From the IMG/VR virus record IMGVR_UViG_3300027499_000005, positions 11,643 to 75,642 of that record: a DNA stretch of 64,000 nt. One strand, written 5' to 3'. The stretch is from a virus. The notes beneath the pieces are model-generated. The model made no database searches. It was not told where the DNA came from and saw only the letters and a list, made by a program, of their open reading frames with translations. The position numbers and the translations under genes are program-made. Shown here in pieces: positions 1 through 6,793 of the stretch; position 1 is the first letter of the stretch, and each line of letters opens with the position of its first letter.

Positions 1-144
1 GTCGTTGATAACATGGTTTTCGTCCGTTGGTTGGAGCCACCCGTCAGCGTCCAAAAGAACTGGGAAAAGTTCTTCTTTGACGAGGACATGCGTAACGAGC
101 CTATCGGCTATCCTTCTGCTGCGATTGAGATTCGGGCGATTTGA
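1..144 (+). CDS. 3' end of a small hypothetical protein (runs in from window edge)
   Basis: Frame 1 is open from base 1 to TGA at 142-144 (VVDNMVFVRWLEPP...EIRAI). The next ATG is at 147. Confidence 0.5.
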   Translation, partial: VVDNMVFVRWLEPPVSVQKNWEKFFFDEDMRNEPIGYPSAAIEIRAI

Positions 145-146
145 CA

Positions 147-353
147 ATGGTATCAGAAAAAATCGATCCTTTGGGCGAACAACACCGAAAAGTATTTGCT
201 ATTGGTGATTTGGTTTCTCACTTCATTTATAAAGATCAGTTATACATCGTCAAATCCATCGAAGAGAATGGTGATGTTCGTCTTTATTCTGTAAAGCAAA
301 TGACTTCTGATGAATGGGTGACAGACCCAAAAGTCTTAGACTTTGTGGAATAA
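147..353 (+). CDS. small SH3/KOW-like paralog (GDL family)
   Basis: FAIGDLV...LYIVKSIEENGDVRLY motif; ATG 147 directly follows the upstream stop. Confidence 0.7.
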   Translation: MVSEKIDPLGEQHRKVFAIGDLVSHFIYKDQLYIVKSIEENGDVRLYSVKQMTSDEWVTDPKVLDFVE

Positions 354-355
354 AA

Positions 356-601
356 ATGTATGATCCAAAGGAATACTTGAGAAAACTAAAAACTCTCAAA
401 AGAAAGTGGGATCCAACTTTTGTTTTGTCCTTACAACCTATTGTTGTAGGAGACTTGGTTAGAATAAAAGGCACCGATTCTATCTCTATTGTAAAAGACA
501 TAGTACACCCTTCTCATGCAATAATCATGAGTTTGAGCGAGGAACAGAAAACACAAAAAGTCTACCTTGCTGCCTTGGAGTTGTTAGAGGAGCAAGAATG
601 A
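356..601 (+). CDS. small SH3/KOW-like paralog (GDL family)
   Basis: IVVGDLVRIKGTDSISIVKDI, a KOW-like pattern; ATG 356 follows TAA 351-353. Confidence 0.7.
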   Translation: MYDPKEYLRKLKTLKRKWDPTFVLSLQPIVVGDLVRIKGTDSISIVKDIVHPSHAIIMSLSEEQKTQKVYLAALELLEEQE

Positions 602-807
602 AGTTTGAGCGTGGTGATCTTGTTGTCCTAAAAAAAGGTAGTTGGAAGGAAGATTTTGTTGGAAAAGTCGGAATCGTTCTGAATGCTGTTCGGCATGAAC
701 CTAGATTTATTCTTTATGAAGTTAGAGTTTTTGGCAAGAAAGATACTGTAAGAGCAACTGCTAGATTTTTCGAACACATAATAAAAGGAAACGAAAATGC
801 TATCTGA
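598..807 (+). CDS. small SH3/KOW-like paralog (GDL family)
   Basis: MKFERGDLVVLKKG...GKVGIVL; ATGA overlap with the previous gene. Confidence 0.8.
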   Translation: MKFERGDLVVLKKGSWKEDFVGKVGIVLNAVRHEPRFILYEVRVFGKKDTVRATARFFEHIIKGNENAI

Positions 808-1012
808 TTATCTGAACTCAAAGCCGCCGAAATACAAGGTTGGTGATCTTTACTATGGAGAAAAGAAAATGATTGGCGTTGTCAAAAGCGTCGAAACTTT
901 CTCCTATGTTCATCATTACCGAGTAATGGTTGTTTGTAGGGGTGATTCTGATTATCTCCTCGATCAGATTATTCTGACAAGTAGCCCTTCTCATGAAAAT
1001 GTTGGAGAGTAA
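797..1012 (+). CDS. small SH3/KOW-like paralog (GDL family)
   Basis: KYKVGDLY...IGVVKSV. Confidence 0.7.
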   Translation: MLSDYLNSKPPKYKVGDLYYGEKKMIGVVKSVETFSYVHHYRVMVVCRGDSDYLLDQIILTSSPSHENVGE

Positions 1013-1247
1013 ACATAAAGTTGGCGATGTAGTGTACATTCAGAGTGAAAAATCTTACCACATCGTTACTAAAATCATAATAACAAAAGATAAAGTGTTA
1101 GGCATTTATGAAGATGTTCTGATAGGAACAAGAGTTTTGGCTGTCGAGCAGGATGCTGAACCTCGATTGTTCACGTTGCCCGCCGGTTCTCATGATCTTA
1201 TCAATGAAAAGTGGCTTTTAGAAAATGGCTCGATAATCACTGGTTGA
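993..1247 (+). CDS. small SH3/KOW-like paralog (GDL family)
   Basis: KHKVGDVVYI...HIVTKII; exact start uncertain. Confidence 0.7.
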   Translation: MKMLESKHKVGDVVYIQSEKSYHIVTKIIITKDKVLGIYEDVLIGTRVLAVEQDAEPRLFTLPAGSHDLINEKWLLENGSIITG

Positions 1248-1263
1248 GCCTTATTTTTTATCG

Positions 1264-1340
1264 TTGACGATCCCTTGACAACAAAACGCTTGCGGCTGGC
1301 AACCTCCTAGGCTATAATGATTGGGTCAGCGGGCGATGGG
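1264..1340 (+). promoter_or_regulatory. class I composite sigma70 promoter, copy 1
   Basis: TTGACG 1264, TTGACA 1275, TTGCGG 1290, 17-nt spacer, TATAAT 1313. Confidence 0.85.
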
Positions 1341-1362
1341 GCCACGACAGCGGAGGCAACGA

Positions 1363-1791
1363 ATGTCGCAACCTAAAATGGTACTCGGTTCTGACGGAAC
1401 AAAGCGGTGGTATCTAAATGGCAAACTCCATTGTGAGGATGGACCGGCTGTTGAATGGCCTAACGGAGAAAAGCATTGGTATCTCAACGGCAAACTCCAT
1501 CGTGAAGATGGTCCTGCTATTGAATGTGCTAACGGAAGAAAGTGCTGGTATCTCAACGGTAAAAAGCACCGTGAAGATGGACCTGCTGTTGAGTGGCCTG
1601 ACGGCCAAAAGGAATGGTTCCTCAAAGGAAAACTCCATCGTGAAGATGGACCCGCCGTTGAGCGTTCTAACGGATCAAAGTTTTGGTATCTCAACGGCGA
1701 AGAAGTCACTTGGAAAGAAGTCTTTCAACAAGCAAAAGGTGACTTGGAAAAGGAATGTCGGATTCTAACTTACGCCTTGGCAAATGGATAA
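1363..1791 (+). CDS. HREDGPA (MORN-like, 23-aa) repeat protein A
   Basis: Four 69-bp repeats of WYLNGKLHREDGPAVE; GGAGG RBS at 1352-1356 supports ATG 1363. Confidence 0.85.
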   Translation: MSQPKMVLGSDGTKRWYLNGKLHCEDGPAVEWPNGEKHWYLNGKLHREDGPAIECANGRKCWYLNGKKHREDGPAVEWPDGQKEWFLKGKLHREDGPAVERSNGSKFWYLNGEEVTWKEVFQQAKGDLEKECRILTYALANG

Positions 1792-1794
1792 ACA

Positions 1795-2148
1795 ATGTCG
1801 CAACCTGAAATGAAAGTTGATTCTGACGGAACAAAGCAATGGTTCCTCAACGGCGAAAGGCATCGTGAAGATGGACCTGCTATTGAGTATCCTAGCGGAT
1901 CAAAGTGGTGGTATCTCAACGGCAAATACCATCGCGAAGATGGACCCGCTATTGAATATCCTAACGGAGAAAAGCAATGGTATCTCAACGGCAAACTACA
2001 CCGTGAAGATGGACCTGCTGTTGAATATCCTAACGGAACAAAGTATTGGTATCTCAATAACGAAGAAGTCACTTGGAAAGAAGTCTTTCGCAACGCAAAC
2101 GGCGACTTGGAAAAGGAATGTAGGATTCTAACTTATGCCCTAACATAA
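1795..2148 (+). CDS. HREDGPA (MORN-like, 23-aa) repeat protein B
   Basis: Three repeats; N- and C-caps (MSQP..., EEVTWKEVF...GDLEKECRILTYAL) shared with protein A. Confidence 0.85.
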   Translation: MSQPEMKVDSDGTKQWFLNGERHREDGPAIEYPSGSKWWYLNGKYHREDGPAIEYPNGEKQWYLNGKLHREDGPAVEYPNGTKYWYLNNEEVTWKEVFRNANGDLEKECRILTYALT

Positions 2149-2179
2149 TCTATTTACTCAAAACCTATTTGGAGGCAAA

Positions 2180-2338
2180 ATGTCCAAGAAGCAGAAACAA
2201 CCAAAAGAACGCTCGCTTATTGCGCTTGGAATGATCCTCCGAACGGGAAACCACGCGGGCAAACATCATAACCGCGATTGGGATGTTGAGAAAGGCAAGT
2301 CCCGAAAGCAAAAGCATAGGAAAAACTATGACGGTTGA
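2180..2338 (+). CDS. 52-aa basic peptide with an ArfA-like C-terminal motif (speculative)
   Basis: Read manually, not in the ORF track: MSKKQKQPKERSLIALGMILRTGNHAGKHHNRDWDVEKGKSRKQKHRKNYDG; GGAGG RBS at 2171. Confidence 0.65.
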   Translation: MSKKQKQPKERSLIALGMILRTGNHAGKHHNRDWDVEKGKSRKQKHRKNYDG

Positions 2339-2531
2339 GAAGGGCGATCTGTTTAGGTTCAAAAGCGAAGTTTATCACAACGACTTGTTTATCATTCTTG
2401 GTAAAAAGGAAGATTTACCTTATGTTGACGGAAAGTATGGCGAACCGTTTAGATACCTTGTGTTAGAAACAAGCGAAGAAGGTTGGGATTATTCTAGTTT
2501 TATCTTCGAACAAGCAGAAAAGATAGGATAA
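2328..2531 (+). CDS. small SH3/KOW-like paralog (GDL family)
   Basis: MTVEKGDLFRF...EKIG*. Confidence 0.75.
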   Translation: MTVEKGDLFRFKSEVYHNDLFIILGKKEDLPYVDGKYGEPFRYLVLETSEEGWDYSSFIFEQAEKIG

Positions 2532-2535
2532 ACTA

Positions 2536-2730
2536 ATGAAACCAGAAAAAGGTGATCTTTATTGCTGGAAGCGTAATGGCGATGTTTTCGTTATTCTCGG
2601 TTTGGAAGAAGATTTTTTTCACGGTAAAGAAAATCCAACAATAAAAGTAAACTATTTTTCTTTGCGTTACAATAAAAGGTTTTGGGATAGAGCGGCTTAC
2701 ATCATAAACAATGCCGATAAGTTAGGATAA
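2536..2730 (+). CDS. small SH3/KOW-like paralog (GDL family)
   Basis: MKPEKGDLY...DKLG*. Confidence 0.75.
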   Translation: MKPEKGDLYCWKRNGDVFVILGLEEDFFHGKENPTIKVNYFSLRYNKRFWDRAAYIINNADKLG

Positions 2731-2734
2731 ACCA

Positions 2735-2908
2735 ATGGAATTCCAAAAAGGCGATTTGGTTGCTATTGATGTTTCCGGTTGGTATCAAACAATCGGGATT
2801 GTTTTGGATGATGATCCTACACCTCGTCCTCACGGATTTACTGCCTTTGATCTTAAGAAACAAACAAAGTTATTTGTTCTTGTAAAAAACGCTAAAAAGA
2901 TCGCATAG
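2735..2908 (+). CDS. small SH3/KOW-like paralog (GDL family), 57 aa
   Basis: Read manually: MEFQKGDLVAIDVSGWYQTIGIVL...KKIA*; AGGA RBS. Confidence 0.75.
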   Translation: MEFQKGDLVAIDVSGWYQTIGIVLDDDPTPRPHGFTAFDLKKQTKLFVLVKNAKKIA

Positions 2909-2917
2909 GAAAACAAA

Positions 2918-3094
2918 ATGGAAATCAAACTTTACACCTTCCAAATGGGCGATTTGGTCCAATGCGGAAGCATCACCGGAATCGTCGTCAGGCATTATTT
3001 CGGTTGTAGTTCGTTAATGCCGATTGACTTTCGAAACATTGCAAATGGTTCGCTTTGCATGAGCCACGCCGAAAATCTCCAAAAACTTGGATGA
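2918..3094 (+). CDS. small SH3/KOW-like paralog (GDL family), 58 aa
   Basis: Read manually: MEIKLYTFQMGDLVQCGSITGIVV...QKLG*. Confidence 0.7.
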   Translation: MEIKLYTFQMGDLVQCGSITGIVVRHYFGCSSLMPIDFRNIANGSLCMSHAENLQKLG

Positions 3095-3098
3095 ATGG

Positions 3099-3302
3099 AT
3101 GAAATACCAAAAAGGTGATTTGATTAGATTCCAGTCGCACTACATGAGTGACGAGGAAAAAGGTCTTTTCTTGGTTATTGACTCCCACAAAACACAGGGA
3201 TACTATTGTTATTGTCTAAAAAGTGGACAACCGACAAAACAGTTAGAAGGAACTAGGGGATACCTTCCTTATTCTGTACCTTACGAAACATTCGAAATCT
3301 AA
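3099..3302 (+). CDS. small SH3/KOW-like paralog (GDL family)
   Basis: MKYQKGDLIRF... Confidence 0.8.
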   Translation: MKYQKGDLIRFQSHYMSDEEKGLFLVIDSHKTQGYYCYCLKSGQPTKQLEGTRGYLPYSVPYETFEI

Positions 3303-3318
3303 TAAAAGTAGGTGACTC

Positions 3319-3519
3319 ATGGCAATCTGTTATAAGTGTGGTGATGATTTCTCCGAAAAGAGGCTTTCCCTAGGTTACCGAACTTGCTTGGTTTGTGGCG
3401 ATAAGGAAGCAAATACCGAGGCAAATCGGCGGCGCAAGTGTGTCGCACCAGCCTACAATAAAGGTGCTTACATGTATGTTTCGAATGTATCTGATGCCAT
3501 GTTCGCTGGCAAAAAGTAA
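3319..3519 (+). CDS. C4 zinc-finger protein (DksA/TraR-type finger, no coiled coil)
   Basis: CYKCGDDFSEKRLSLGYRTCLVC matches the CxxC-x-RL-x-CxxC finger. Confidence 0.65.
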   Translation: MAICYKCGDDFSEKRLSLGYRTCLVCGDKEANTEANRRRKCVAPAYNKGAYMYVSNVSDAMFAGKK

Positions 3520-3524
3520 GTAAA

Positions 3525-3722
3525 ATGTTGGAACCTGTTTTCTACGAAATCTACAAAAAAGGAGATTTGGTCGAGATTTCTGCGATTTCTCCAAAAAGCA
3601 CCAAAATGTACGGAATCGTAAAATGCCTCAGTAGACACCACAAAAACTATTATCGAGTGAAAGTATTCGGCATTCATCGTGATGTTTTTGCTGGTGCCGA
3701 CCAAATGAGACGTATAACCTAG
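3525..3722 (+). CDS. small SH3/KOW-like paralog (GDL family)
   Basis: YKKGDLVEI...YGIVKCL. Confidence 0.7.
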   Translation: MLEPVFYEIYKKGDLVEISAISPKSTKMYGIVKCLSRHHKNYYRVKVFGIHRDVFAGADQMRRIT

Positions 3723-3756
3723 TTTTTTCTTTGCTGTCAAAAAAAGGTCAAGGCGT

Positions 3757-3785
3757 TTGACGGTGGCCGCTTGATCGGATAAGAT
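3757..3785 (+). promoter_or_regulatory. sigma70-type promoter
   Basis: TTGACG 3757, 17-nt spacer, TAAGAT 3780; in an intergenic gap upstream of ATG 3812. Confidence 0.7.
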
Positions 3786-3811
3786 GTGTAGGAAAGGGAG
3801 CGAGGACCAAA

Positions 3812-4039
3812 ATGGAAATCGGAACGCTTTGTCGGCTTTCTAACTGCAACATTTACGTTGCGACAGAATATCGAGGTTTGACCTTGGTTGTTCTAGAACA
3901 TCAAAAGTTCCAACCTCTCAAAATCCCCGGTTGTCAGGAAATCCCAAGTAGAACCATGCTTACTTGCTTTGTGGTCGAAAAGAACGAAAAAACCATGTTC
4001 TTTGACTATCAACTGAGCGATGCCGAGGTTCTAGGATGA
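3812..4039 (+). CDS. small hypothetical (GTL variant of SH3-like family), copy 1
   Basis: MEIGTLCRLS...CFVVEKNEKTMFFDYQLSDAEVL. Confidence 0.75.
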   Translation: MEIGTLCRLSNCNIYVATEYRGLTLVVLEHQKFQPLKIPGCQEIPSRTMLTCFVVEKNEKTMFFDYQLSDAEVLG

Positions 4040-4227
4040 AGTTTGGAACGCTTTGTCGGCTTTCTAGCGATAGTATTTACCTTAGTAGGGATCATCATGG
4101 TTTGACGGTCATTGTCATGGAAGAAGGAAATCCTGCTAGCGGATTTTACTGCTTTGTCGTAGAAAAGTCCGAGAAACTTTGGTTTTTCGACTATCAACTC
4201 AAAGATGCCGAGGTTCTAAGCCAATGA
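4036..4227 (+). CDS. small hypothetical (GTL variant), copy 2
   Basis: MKFGTLCRLS...CFVVEKSEKLWFFDYQLKDAEVL; clear tandem paralog. Confidence 0.75.
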   Translation: MKFGTLCRLSSDSIYLSRDHHGLTVIVMEEGNPASGFYCFVVEKSEKLWFFDYQLKDAEVLSQ

Positions 4228-4499
4228 ACGACAAGTTTTGGGAAGAAGGCAAACTTTTCTCCTTTGAGGATACTGGCTCAAAGTTTTGGGCGATTATCAA
4301 GGGTTTTGTTCATTCCGACTATGGTAATAAGGTTCTGTTTACCATTTTCGCCCGAGAAGAATGGCGGCCAGCCGGTGATTTTAACTCGTTCTTTAATAAC
4401 GGATCCGATTACAAAGTCGGGCAAACCTACTCTTCTTCCAAACTCTGGCTTGTAAGCCGAATGTTGGACGGCTCGCCCGACTACGAGGAACAAACTTGA
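4224..4499 (+). CDS. hypothetical protein
   Basis: ATGA overlap start at 4224 (MNDKFWEEGK...). Confidence 0.6.
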   Translation: MNDKFWEEGKLFSFEDTGSKFWAIIKGFVHSDYGNKVLFTIFAREEWRPAGDFNSFFNNGSDYKVGQTYSSSKLWLVSRMLDGSPDYEEQT

Positions 4500-4555
4500 T
4501 TTTTCCTCCTCGTCAGCCAAAGTTTTGCAACTAATCTAAAACAAAGGAATAACCA

Positions 4556-4795
4556 ATGACTTTCGAAGAGTTCATCGATTTCTACGATAAAGAGGCTACG
4601 AACCCCGAGAACTACAATCTTCGGCGTGGCCAGTTGCTTTTCACGATCCTTCGCGAAGTGCGCCCCGATCTTTCCGAAAAGATCCGTTCTACCTCGCTAG
4701 ACCCTTTCTACCTTGATTCTTCGCTTCCGGTCTGCTGGCTCTACCTAAAGAACAACTGGCAAAATCAAGGTTCGCAGTCCCTTTGTTGGCCTTGA
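4556..4795 (+). CDS. hypothetical phage protein
   Basis: AAGGA RBS; RRGQLLFTILREVRPDL...DPFY pattern. Confidence 0.7.
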   Translation: MTFEEFIDFYDKEATNPENYNLRRGQLLFTILREVRPDLSEKIRSTSLDPFYLDSSLPVCWLYLKNNWQNQGSQSLCWP

Positions 4796-4880
4796 CGATC
4801 CCTTGACAAGAAAACGCTTGCGGCTGGCGACGGCCTAGGCTATAATGAATGGGTCAGCGGGTGATGGGCACCCGTCAAAC
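4792..4880 (+). promoter_or_regulatory. class I composite sigma70 promoter, copy 2
   Basis: TTGACG 4792, TTGACA 4803, TTGCGG 4818, 17-nt spacer, TATAAT 4841. Confidence 0.85.
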
Positions 4881-4904
4881 CAACAGCGAAAAAACGAGGA
4901 ATAA

Positions 4905-5705
4905 ATGGCTTACAAGCGTACTATCTACTGTCGGGCTTGCGGTTCTGCCGGTCATAACCGCTCTTCCTGCCCCCGCGAAAAGGCGCGCATCGAAGAACTG
5001 CGGGCAAACCACGGTTCCGACCATTGGCAAGTTTCGTCCTATGATCGTAAGCGTATGCGCTCTAAGGAACGGGCTTGCTCGTACTGTCAGGAACAGGACC
5101 ATAATCGTGTTTCTTGCCCGACTATGAAGGCCGACATGGATAAGATTCGTCCGCACATTTCGGCGTACCGTAGGGCTTTCATCGATGCACTTTGCAAGAT
5201 TGGTATGGTTCCGGGTACCATTGCCGTGCATAATCACGGCCAAGGTATCCGTAACATGTACCTTGTTGAGCGTATCAACTTCGAAGAGATCGACCTGTTT
5301 CTTCCGAGCCGGAATCCCTGCGTTGTTCGCGGCCTTTCGGTGACGGGCTTTGACGATAGCGAAGATTATCGTCGTCGCTGGTACATCAACGATACTGGCC
5401 TTCTCGGCTTTGCCCTTGATTCTACGTCGGCAATCGGCTATGATAACACTCCGCGTTATGATGACGTTGTTGCGGCTGGTTGCGCTGATTCTTTCCGCGC
5501 CTCTGTTCCAAAGGATTGGTTGGAGGCTAAGAATCTTTGTAAGACTCATTTCTCTAACACTCGTCAGTCTCGCGGTCGCAACGCTAAGAACGGACAATGG
5601 CTGATTAACGAGGTGGAAAGTGGAGAGTTTAGCCGAAAGGCCGAAAACCTGCCTTCCAACGTCGATAGGTTCTTGGACTTTAGCGGGCAGAATCCCTATG
5701 CGTGA
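4905..5705 (+). CDS. double CCHC zinc-knuckle protein
   Basis: CRACGSAGHNRSSC and CSYCQEQDHNRVSC (Cx2Cx4Hx4C); GAGGA RBS. Confidence 0.75.
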   Translation: MAYKRTIYCRACGSAGHNRSSCPREKARIEELRANHGSDHWQVSSYDRKRMRSKERACSYCQEQDHNRVSCPTMKADMDKIRPHISAYRRAFIDALCKIGMVPGTIAVHNHGQGIRNMYLVERINFEEIDLFLPSRNPCVVRGLSVTGFDDSEDYRRRWYINDTGLLGFALDSTSAIGYDNTPRYDDVVAAGCADSFRASVPKDWLEAKNLCKTHFSNTRQSRGRNAKNGQWLINEVESGEFSRKAENLPSNVDRFLDFSGQNPYA

Positions 5706-5735
5706 GAAGCCTAGGGTTTTCCTCCCTTCTCGCTC

Positions 5736-5823
5736 TTGACAATCGCTTGACAAGAAAACGCTTGCGGCTGGCGACCGCCTAGGCTATAATGATGGGGTCA
5801 GCGGGCGATAGTGCCCGCTGGCC
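5736..5823 (+). promoter_or_regulatory. class I composite sigma70 promoter, copy 3
   Basis: TTGACA 5736, TTGACA 5747, TTGCGG 5762, 17-nt spacer, TATAAT 5785. Confidence 0.85.
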
Positions 5824-5851
5824 AAAAAAACCAAAAGATAGGAAGAACCTA

Positions 5852-6163
5852 ATGAACACGAATGACTGGCAGATTATCAAGGATGATGCGCGCTTTCTCG
5901 TCGTTGGCGGGCACGATGTTGACTTCGAACTTGATTCCTACGAGGAAGCGGCTTCCTTCCTTGACTTCATGAACGAGGACGAGACTCGTAAGGAAGATCC
6001 TGACTTTTTCTTCGATGAGTGGTGCTACCTGCACTTCGAACTCCGCGCGCCGTCTTTCGATGAAAACGAAACGAACGACGAGCAAAACGAAGGTTCCTCC
6101 GAAATCGATTTCGAAGCGGAACTTGGCGAGGTTCTTTCGTACCTCGGCGTTAGCACGGTCTGA
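5852..6163 (+). CDS. highly acidic small protein
   Basis: D/E-rich (MNTNDWQII...DENETNDEQNEGSSEIDFE); AGGAAG RBS. Confidence 0.7.
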   Translation: MNTNDWQIIKDDARFLVVGGHDVDFELDSYEEAASFLDFMNEDETRKEDPDFFFDEWCYLHFELRAPSFDENETNDEQNEGSSEIDFEAELGEVLSYLGVSTV

Positions 6164-6177
6164 AAAAGGTAGGAACA

Positions 6178-6255
6178 ATGCTCACAATCGCTAAGATTTT
6201 CTTTGCCCTTTGCATTTTCGACGTTGCCTTTAGACTCTGGAGAATGCCAGAATGA
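6178..6255 (+). CDS. 25-aa hydrophobic micropeptide
   Basis: MLTIAKIFFALCIFDVAFRLWRMPE; upstream AAGGTAGGAACA; stop overlaps the next ATG. Confidence 0.55.
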   Translation: MLTIAKIFFALCIFDVAFRLWRMPE

Positions 6256-6590
6256 ACCTAGACAATCCGAATCAAGAAACTCGCTTGGTTGTTTCTTGCC
6301 CTCCGGTTATGCTCGCTCCAAGGGACGGTTTCCGTTTGGCGGGTTGCTACGGTACTTGGATTAGTGTCCCGGCCCACACGAAAATCGAGGATCTTTCTCG
6401 TTACTTCATCGTTCGCCCCTATGGCGCACCCCCGCCGGAAAGCAGGGTAGAACCTAAGACTTTGACCGTCGCTGGTTCTCGCGGAGGAACCTACACCGTT
6501 CGACTGCGTGAAAACGGGCAAACAACCTGCACTTGTCCCGGCTTTGGTTACCGTCGCACTTGCAAGCATCTAACTCTTCTTTCGGCATAA
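6252..6590 (+). CDS. SWIM zinc-finger protein
   Basis: CTCPGFGYRRTCKH (CxC-x-CxH) at the C-terminus. Confidence 0.75.
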   Translation: MNLDNPNQETRLVVSCPPVMLAPRDGFRLAGCYGTWISVPAHTKIEDLSRYFIVRPYGAPPPESRVEPKTLTVAGSRGGTYTVRLRENGQTTCTCPGFGYRRTCKHLTLLSA

Positions 6591-6600
6591 GGTAGGAACA

Positions 6601-6672
6601 ATGGACACTTTCATCCTGTTCGTAGTTTTCGGCTTTTTCTCGTTGATGGCTTTCCTTAGCGTTCCCGAGTAA
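6601..6672 (+). CDS. 23-aa hydrophobic micropeptide
   Basis: MDTFILFVVFGFFSLMAFLSVPE; same upstream AAGGTAGGAACA as at 6178. Confidence 0.55.
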   Translation: MDTFILFVVFGFFSLMAFLSVPE

Positions 6673-6694
6673 GGTACAACCTAATCTTTCAGCC

Positions 6695-6775
6695 TTGACG
6701 AACGCTTGACAAATCGTGACTTGCGGACGCTCGCCGCCTAGGCTATAATGTACGGGTCGCTGGATGAACCAGCAC
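6695..6775 (+). promoter_or_regulatory. class I composite sigma70 promoter, copy 4
   Basis: TTGACG 6695, TTGACA 6706, TTGCGG 6721, 17-nt spacer, TATAAT 6744. Confidence 0.85.
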
Positions 6776-6793
6776 CACTAACGGAGTCAACGA

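Noticed and set aside
1363-2148. Diversity-generating retroelement target/template pair in the HREDGPA genes
   Set aside because: Differences between repeats are not restricted to adenines and no reverse transcriptase is in the window.
3319-3519. Calling the C4 finger protein a functional TraR/DksA
   Set aside because: It lacks the N-terminal coiled coil with the acidic tip needed to reach the RNAP secondary channel.
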